Positions 55,271 through 64,000 of a stretch of 64,000 nucleotides of DNA are shown one piece after another (position 1 is the first letter of the stretch; every line of letters starts with the position of its first letter). The translations under genes and the position numbers were made by a program. A model generated the notes under the pieces. That model was not told the origin of the DNA. It searched no databases and saw only the letters and a list, made by a program, of their open reading frames with translations. Source of the DNA: Antedon mediterranea (lineage: Eukaryota > Animalia > Echinodermata); assembly GCF_964355755.1 (NCBI RefSeq), contig NC_092671.1, positions 5,456,001-5,520,000 on the forward strand. Direction: 5' to 3'.

Positions 55271-58200
55271 TGTTTTTATTATGAATACGAACACAAATCC
55301 AAATGCAGATTACAGATATGGCGGTCAATAAAAAACAGGATGGGAAGATCCAATACTATAAAGAAATTTTAATTATAAAATTAATCATAATTTAAAATGT
55401 CAACTAAAATATTGTAATGCATATTAATGTAATTAGTATGTGTTATAATTATTGAAGTTGAGGAAAAGACTATTTATCTTAGAAATAAATCTGGATATAA
55501 ACCTCATTGTTAGACCTTGAAAACTAATTATGAAAAATTATTTTTAGTCTTGCTTATAAGTGAACCCTGGTTTGATACGGCAATTTAAGTTTTAAAACAA
55601 GAATATTACATGTTTGCACGATTAAAATGACACTGTAGAATTTCTTTTTTATATTTAAAAAATGTTTACATTCCTAAATTAATTTGCTCATTAAAAATCA
55701 ATAAAAAATGTAAGAATGGTTCTTGGTGATCAAGACCAGAACCAATTGGGTTCTTGATGTCTGTGGTGTTGTACCCATTTCTGTTGGCAAGTAATATCTC
55801 CTGCTTAATTAAGAGAACCAGGCCCTGTGATTAAATACTTTTTAATTGAAAAGAAAAAGTTTATCAATTAATTAGTAATTAATTAGTTTTAATAGGAAAT
55901 TTAAAAATTAGTTCAACAAAAACTATGAAACCGAAGTAAATAATTTAACAAACAGGTTCATTCGTCTACATCTATCTTTTTTACTTTTACATGTCCACAT
56001 CGCGTTTGATTGATAAATTAAAGTTGTGCATGACATCACGTAATTAACTGACAACGCTGGCATGTTTTTAAACACCCTCACTGGTCTACAAACTCTATGT
56101 CATAAGAAGGATATAGTGTTTCCTGCCTTGTATCTGGGACTGAAGATTACTCAAGGCAAATACATGTTTGAAGATGTTCATAAATAGAATGTGTATATGG
56201 TGGTTGAAAGGAGATGTCATCATGTCATGTGACTTTCAGGAGGAAAAGTTTAAGTGACCTCTTGATTGAATTTAAATTTTCTTGTGAGTTTGTTGAAAAG
56301 TCTGTATTTACAGCTATGAAGTGTTTCTTCATGACGTGTTATCTTTCTAATTCAACTATACTTTCAATATTGATAGTGGAACTGTATCGTTCTTATCCCA
56401 GATCCTAGGTTCAAATCTTTTCTTTGGATTTTAAAAAATCACTCTAAATGTGCTTTATAAAAACAACTGTTTAACATTCATCATCTTTTTAACAAATAAA
56501 TGAAAGCTGACTATTTTTAGACATTTTTTTGAAATTCATTTAATGTAATGTTTGAACTTTTTTATTTTTCTAGTGTGAAGACGTGACAACAAAACCTGTT
56601 AACTTTGAATTTTCAAGAATTGTTTCAAGATATCAACACCTTGACAGCTAACAAACTTGTACGACCGATTCTGATTCACTTGTATTTGGATTATATAGAA
56701 CTTTTTGGAGTTATTTATTGACCGTATTTAGATTGTGAAAGAGATGCTGAATACGACTTAAAAACAATGACAATGTGGTAACTATAATTTATGCTGAAAA
56801 CCGGTGATATATTTGGATTAACTGACCGCAAAAACAAAAAACAAAATGACACATTATACAAGGAAATCCCCAATTTTCAGTCGCATACATATTATATTAT
56901 TTGTTGTGGTTACTCAGTCATCCTTAGGAATCACGTTAAACACAGATGCCTATAGCCATCCATGTAAGTACGCTATTTATATTTTTATCGTTTTTTTACA
57001 AAAGAAAATGCAATCAGTTCTTAATTGATTGAATGCATACATTTGCTGGAAAATATGATTATGCTAATATTCCCAAATGGTTTGCAAGACCTGGTATTTT
57101 AGGAATTACAAATCAATAAACAATATATGGAAAATGATTCAAATTAATTCTTGAAGAAAGAATGAAGAAAAGAAATGGTTGTATTTGTATGCATAGTGTT
57201 TTTTCCCTGATGAACCATGAGACTGAAAGTATACTGTACTGTAGGATTTACTGTAGGTATACCTGATGCTTTTCTACCAAACTTGTGATACAGTCAGTCA
57301 AGTGTTGGCTGTCAATTTAAAATAACTTTGATATAATACTGTATGTGTAAGAGAATGTTAAGTAAAACAACATTGCTACAGTAGATATTCAAAGAATGGT
57401 AATAAAACAGCATTAACTTAAATATACTCTTAATCAAACCAAATTCCTTGTTTCAAAATATAACACAATACCTTTTAAATACATTTTCAACAACTTTCCC
57501 ACTATCATAAATATCATTTGATTACCACAACAGGCAGTAAAAGTGTAAAGTTTTGCGACTTTTACATTACAAAGTAAAGAAAAAAAAAATCTTTTACTAG
57601 GTTCTACTTAAAGCAATACTGGAATTTAATGGTAAATCCTTGTTTAAAAAATAATTTAATGACAGAATTAACACCCTTTAGAACATTCGGTCGCTTACTT
57701 ATACTATTGCCAGCAGCTGAAGTTGTCGTTAATCACCGATTTGACAGCCACTTTCAGAGGCATTTGCATACGTTTTTATCTTACTATACTGAAATGCTAA
57801 TCTTTCCTTCAGTTTGATTTTATGATTTATAAAGTTAAAATTGTGCTTTTTTATAAAAGTATTTATTCCAGTTTTGTTTGTTAATAGTTTGATAATAATT
57901 TGTATGCGGTTAGATTGTTTGTCTCTTGTCATTTTGTAAGTGTACAAGAATTTCCTTAATAAATTTGTGTGATTTTTGGTAGAAATATTTTATAATAATG
58001 ACGTGTATTAGTGTATTTTGTTGTTGATCATGCATGCAATATTTGACAGTGAAACTCACAATCTATTATTTAATAGATTCTTTTAACAATTCCATTCTTA
58101 TTCTCCATTTAAAAGTGATTATAAAGCTAATAGCCTGAGATATCATAAAACCAATGGTCTGTGATATATACAACACAATACAGTAACGGAACTATATTCA

Positions 58201-58308
58201 GTTTAAAAATATGGTAGATACTGTAGACCTAAAGAAAGCCTTTTAGTCATGCTGACGCACCTACAGTATATCTCCAAAATTGTTTTTAAAAAAAAACATT
58301 ATTTTATT

Positions 58309-58455
58309 TATAGTAGAACCCCTTCACTATTACTGTGAGGGAACACTTGTTCAAATGGCAATACATTTTAACACTGCAACCCACTCCTATTCAGGGGACA
58401 CCGTGACCCCTATTTAGGGGACACTGTTGGCGGGTCCTGAAGGTGTCCATTAATA
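58309..58455. mobile_element. Decayed Tc1/pogo-like MITE
   Basis: ta(t)agtagaaccc ... repeated ctatt(c/t)aggggacac ... gtgtccattaatagtggttacc..ctgta, resembling CAGTGGAACCTCTATT-type termini. Confidence 0.45.
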
Positions 58456-59545
58456 GTGGTTACCGTTCTGCTGTATTAAATATTGTACCTTTTAGTATTA
58501 TTAAGGCCCTACACCACCAGTTAACTGTGGGGTTGGATTACAGTATCTGGTATTAATATACAGTACTTTTGCTGTTATTCATATTATTAGTTTGAAATTA
58601 AAAACAACAATTGTATTTCATACAATATCTAGCTTTTCATAGTTTACTGTATCCATTTTCTTTTTAAATGTTTATAGCTAAACCTCCTTTGGAGACCAAA
58701 ATTACTAAACTTATATTGAAAGATTAGGCCTACAGTATATTCCAGAAGAAAGCATTTAGAGATTGTATGATGCCTGTCTTGCACTGTTTTTCAACTCTCT
58801 CAAAAACATTCTTATATGACATATCTCCTCATTATGTTACTTTACATGCCTTCAGTGCATGTTTTTAATACCAAATATGATATTTTGATTTATCTTTCAT
58901 AATCCTACCTCGTTAGTAAGAAGCATTGAATAACTGTATGATACTTTAGCCTCAATACAATGAAAGATATTTTTTACTTCAATATTCTTCAGATCCTCTT
59001 AATGATTTGAAATTTGCCAGGATCTTTCTTAACAATAATAGCAATAACAATTTTTTTTTATCTTTGACTTCCAATTATAGTTTTACCCAAAAGCAAATTT
59101 ATTACAAGAAAAACATATCAGCTTTCTTTTCCTTTAGGTGATAATAAATATTTTCCAATCAACAATACACCACTTTTCTTAATTACCAGCTTGTGGGCTT
59201 TAATAACAACTAAGCCCTATTCAAAAATAACTTGCTTTTTTTCGTGATTTATTCACTTTTTTATTCTATAATTTTCTTTTTAACCAGCTTGCCTCTAGCT
59301 CATACGTGCCTATCTATTGAGCCTTTGCTTCATATCTAATTTCATAAAGAAATACAAAACAAAAATGTCAATGCTGTAATTAGTGGCTATTTGTCCGACT
59401 GTAGTATTCATGATGTAATAAAAAATGCTATACCTGTACCAAAGTTGGAAAACAGTCAACATTGCAAGTGGATAGGATTATTAAAATATTATATAACAAT
59501 AATAAAAAATAGACAGAAAAAAAATATGTATAACAATTTTTTAAG

Positions 59546-59703
59546 TATCAGCTGCTGCTTTTTTAAAGATTTTTTCAAGAGCTTTTCCAACTTTCGTAAA
59601 TCCTTGTTTGACACCGAAGTGTTTAAGGTGATGTCAAACAAGGACTTACAGTACGAAAGTTGGAAAAGCTCTCCAAAAAATTCCGTAAAAATAGCAGCTG
59701 ATA
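59546..59703. repeat. Long imperfect hairpin (~70-bp arms), probably a foldback MITE remnant
   Basis: tatcagctgct..agagcttttccaactttcgtaaatccttgtttgaca pairs with tgtcaaacaaggacttac[agtac]gaaagttggaaaagctct..agcagctgata. Confidence 0.85.
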
Positions 59704-60811
59704 TAATTGCAAGACGTTAGCCGTGTTTCATAACAATATATTTAAAACAATATTATTAAATTCATTATGCTAATTAATTAGTATCTAGGTTTTTACAGTA
59801 GATTAAAAATAGAAAATTATCAGACTGTAAAAAAAATATTATACTGCATGAATGGCTTGTTACAGTACAGTGTAATGGGTATAATGCCAATAATGAATTT
59901 GGTTTTTTTTTTAACTTACCGTACAGTATAAAGTCCTCATTTGTAATTTCCTTTTCACATTTAAAACCAAAATGAAATCTCAATGTTTGACCATGACCCA
60001 ACAACTAGATTAAAACGATTAATTAATTTGATTACTTTGAAAATGTTTAATCTTAATTACCAAAGAAAAAATTAATTATGATTAATTATTTGATTATTTT
60101 TTTTCACACAAATGTTTGTTTATTTAAAATAAATTCTTAGATTTTAAAAAATTGACCTTTAAGGTTACACCTAAATGTATTTTATTTGTATCAACCACTG
60201 TTTTCTCTTTATAACATACAATGACATATTCATTATAAATTCAATAAACCATTATTTCTGTCTTGTTCGTTTAAAAGTAATCTAAACAATTTATGTAAAA
60301 ATTATATAATATTTTGCCATGAGCAGTCCCTGTCCCTGACATACATTTCCCTTTACATAAAGGTATTAAAATATTAATTCTGCTAAATTAAGTATTCTTT
60401 TTACATTGTTAATTCAAATTTAATTATGTTTAATATCAATATACATGTACCAGTCAAAAATCAGCAGTAATAATATAATTTTGTATAATATATTGCTATG
60501 TAAATATTATATAAACATTATTTTGATCGACCTTGATTTAAAAAAACAATTTAATTATATGTATTTCAGAAATGTCTAGTTTTGAATCTCCATACTACGA
60601 AAGCTTTCATTTCAATATAATTATAAATTATAGGATTAGGTGTAGTATTTTTTAAGGTATGATAATTAGTGATTGAGACTAAATGTCTAAATTAAAGTAC
60701 TGTATGTACGATACAAATTTGGAGATTGTAAAATGAAACCAGTTATTCACAAATGTATTGTAAAGGCCTAAACTTGTTACCTTGCTACTGTATTAGACGA
60801 GTATACACTGT

Positions 60812-60966
60812 TTAAGCTCTGTCTACACTATCAAACTAGTTTGACAAAAAGAAGTGTGATGTATAGTAGTGATATACCCAATGATAGTGATGACACCATC
60901 ATGTCCATATATGGGCATATCACATTTTTTTGTCACATAAAATTTGATAATGTAGACAGAACTTAA
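60812..60966. mobile_element. ~150-bp MITE with ~24-bp TIRs
   Basis: ttaagctctgtctacactatcaaa ... tttgataatgtagacagaacttaa. Second copy at 5161-5290. Confidence 0.8.
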
Positions 60967-63589
60967 GACATGTTTAATTAGTGTACACTTTTTTACATTC
61001 GCATTTTAGAGAACCTGCCCTGAAATTGTTTCTTAAAGTGTAAACGAAGATTGAACGATTTAAAGAGATTTTCTGCCATCTCTCTTACTTTAGTAAGACT
61101 TTGCAGCGATTAAACCGCATTTGGCATAACGTATGCATTTGTAGAAATTTAGGAGATAATGTTACAAATATCCAATTGTAAAACGCATTAAAATTGTATT
61201 GCACACGATAATGATCACAAAATAGATGCCAACCTGATTAACGGCATCATGATTTATGTGCGTGCAAACTATGGCTTTGTCTCAAATTGCAGAAAGATTA
61301 TGTAACGATCGTTTTCGTCGTTAGAATTTCTGATATATATTTTTAGAAATATAGAATACAGATTTATCTTCTACTGAAATTTAGTACTGTAGTTCAAAAT
61401 TCATTGTTAATGAAATTTAAACCCTGCAGCACGGTCATTTCGTAGTATTTTACCAAAATTAAATTCATGATTAGTTTTATATAATTATAGTAATTATACT
61501 ATTTGATTGCAGTCTGAACTATTGTACAGTAGAAGCTACTGTATACACTTGTCTCGGAATATTTTATAACAAAACAAACTAACTATAAACTTATACAGTA
61601 TAATGCCGATTTTAGGAATTAATCAAGTAATATATGGATGCAAAAGAAAGGGAATAAAAAACTTTGAAATAAACTATATTTTTTTGTTGCCAAGACATGC
61701 AATTTTGCTAAATTCACAAGTTCACAAAGTCCCCCTTTTCCTAGGCGTAGGCTTATCTTTGGCAGGGTGAAATTTGTTTAAACTGGAGGAAGGGTGAACA
61801 TCCTCTGTGCCCTTGCCATTACATCCTTACGTACTACGAAGTACCACGCATGTCACATGTTTGTATTGAGATAGAATAAATCCTATTTCATCCTCAAATG
61901 TAGGACAAATCTAGTACGACTGCACATGACTTTAATAAACTGAATAATTAAACTAGGAAATTCAATCAACTTTAGCAAAGAGAGAAGATACAATTTGTCA
62001 CCTTTGGGACAAATTGGTTTTGACAGTATTAGAACTATACATTCACTATCAAAACAACATGAAGAGGGAGATTATCGTGTGAAAAAAATCAAATTATAAT
62101 TAATGTTGAAAAGAGCTTATCAATATCAGCGTATGTGACGTTCACATATTTACAGAGAATTGTATGTTTAAATATGATTCTTTAATGGACCATGGATGAT
62201 TATTTGTAGCCTCGGTAAACATTAATTTGTTTCGTTTTGACCAGGCACAGCACTTGGAATGATAATCATATCAAGTCTGTACAACAGTTGATAGAAACAA
62301 AATAGAAAGTTATGGACATTAATGCAAAGTAAAGTAGTTGATAGATAGAAATAATTGAAATTAATAGAATGCTGCACGATTAATTAATTAATTGTTGGCA
62401 TTAGTTTGTATTATTTTTAAATGTACTGTGTACAGCATGTCATCTTTAGTAGAAAAAAAAAAGTGAATTTAAGCTCCCTTTCCAATACCTCTAAATACCC
62501 CTTACGAAAAATAAATATTTGCTGATTAGATACTTGTATGCCTTATTAGAAAATTATAGTTAATCAATTATTATATATTTTTGTTATTTGTTTGTAACTA
62601 GTATTAGTATAGTAACTTTATTTCATACTGTAGGTACTGTAGTTTAGAGTTAGTAATGTGTTTCTTGCAAACTTATTGTATTAATGCTATCTGTGTATGT
62701 GTACATGCAGGTACCTACAGTATAATTGTAAAGTTTGTGTATACTGTATGTTGTAGGTCATACTATGATTTGTACCAAATTTGATTGCCATTTTAATAGG
62801 ATAAAACAATACAAACAAGGAAGCTTTATAAATTTGATCACTAGCAGGTTTATAAGGATTATTATGACCCTGGCATGTCTGCGATCGCAATTATGTCCAT
62901 GATTTTATTTTAGTCGTGATACACATTTTTATCCCAAACATTCACAAGTAATTATTTATGTAATCTGTTTTGATTATTTATTGTAAATCGTCATGGTAAC
63001 TTGTATAATAAGCACAGACTATTATGTCGAAGTTTATCAAAAAAGAAGTTTGTAGTTATCATTATTATGGGGTTCACGTTTACAGACTAAGTGGGTGTTA
63101 TTGATAGCTCGTTTGCCCGTAGGGACAGATTATCCTTACTTTTATATAACTAAATGGGAACTTTGATTTTCTACAAAGTAGAGCGACAGATTTGGAAAGT
63201 ATCTTGAAATATAGTCACAAAAGAGAAGTTAAGTGTAGACGTGTACATAATCAGTTCTTTTCTTTGATAATAATCTATTGATTATAAATGTATGTTGTCA
63301 ATATACTGTACATCCAGCATGTACAAAAGGTATGTTGAATATAATACATCTACCTATAATAGTTCATAAGGCAATTTCCTTTTTGTTGTCTGTCATTGAA
63401 TGTACCTAGAAACCATCAAAGCTGTGCCGAGGAAGCATGTTACACTTTACAGCGTACCCACATTTGCACAATTAAATATCGTGAGCTACTGTCATTTGTT
63501 CCAAGGTCATCGGTCGTTTTGAAAGTTACCTATTTATAAAAACCTCAAAACGCTGTACTACTATACACATTATTTACACCAGTCTTTTT

Positions 63590-63800
63590 TTTTCAAACAT
63601 ACTCCCATAATGCAGCTAGTAATCCGCGCAAAGTTGTGTTTTGACCTTATTACCAGGTACCCATTTGTACACCTGGATGTAGAGAGGTACCGGTAAGTAA
63701 AATGTCTTGCCTAGATACAAGCAATGTGACAAGCATTGGATTCAAACCCACGATCTCTTGATCATTAGTCCAACATTCAACACACAGCACCACATGCTCT
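63590..63800 (-). mobile_element. Decayed tRNA-derived SINE with a Deu/Nin-like central motif
   Basis: B-box-like ggattcaaaccc (minus strand gggtttgaatcc) and core ggtacccatttgtacacctggatgtagagag, resembling the reverse complement of CTCTCCACCCAGGTGTATAAATGGGTACC. The family assignment is from memory of SINE cores. Confidence 0.55.
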
Positions 63801-64000
63801 ATGAACAAGGTAGTACTGTAGGTGTATTGAACATATTATTATTACTTAACTTAAAGTTATTTACGAATTACAGTAATCAACGCAAGCATTAATAGTTTGA
63901 AGTGCATCTTGCATTATGAATTAATTAGACTAAAATAGTTTATCATTATGATTGGCAGTTTTCTAATACTTTATGAAGAATGTGGTAATACACATTTTAT

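Noticed and set aside
59391-59720. 109-aa ORF, or a pre-miRNA call for the hairpin
   Set aside because: The ORF starts at TTG, is low-complexity and crosses the inverted repeat. The hairpin is better explained as a foldback remnant, and there is no small-RNA evidence.

Overview
AT-rich animal (invertebrate, possibly echinoderm-like) nuclear DNA with spliceosomal introns. Three genes were reconstructed by hand from GT-AG junctions with consistent phases. (1) An uncharacterised 12-exon, 442-aa charged/helical protein on the minus strand (5731-1349), seen only in fragments by the ORF track. (2) A divergently transcribed secreted MEGF-like protein (6611-15087, 1869 aa): signal peptide, EMI domain, one EGF, 37 laminin-type EGF repeats all in one 4.77-kb exon, and an unrecognised 6-Cys C-terminal domain with no TM helix. 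(3) Dihydrofolate reductase (15758-19980, 5 exons, 193 aa). The rest is non-coding and rich in mobile elements. The most striking structure is 30254-46119: nine ~1.55-kb non-autonomous Helentron/HINE-like elements (5 of subfamily B, 4 of subfamily C) sit inside a tenth (subfamily A). They are inserted into one another's terminal microsatellite, and every displaced end stacks in exactly bracket-balanced order. Also present: MITEs with demonstrable TSDs, an 88-bp minisatellite split by a Harbinger-like MITE, an intronic copy of the EGF gene's own coding sequence, and TA-to-TACAGTA indels matching Tc1/mariner excision footprints. No RNA genes or CRISPR arrays were seen. All coordinates and alignments are by eye; no searches were run.
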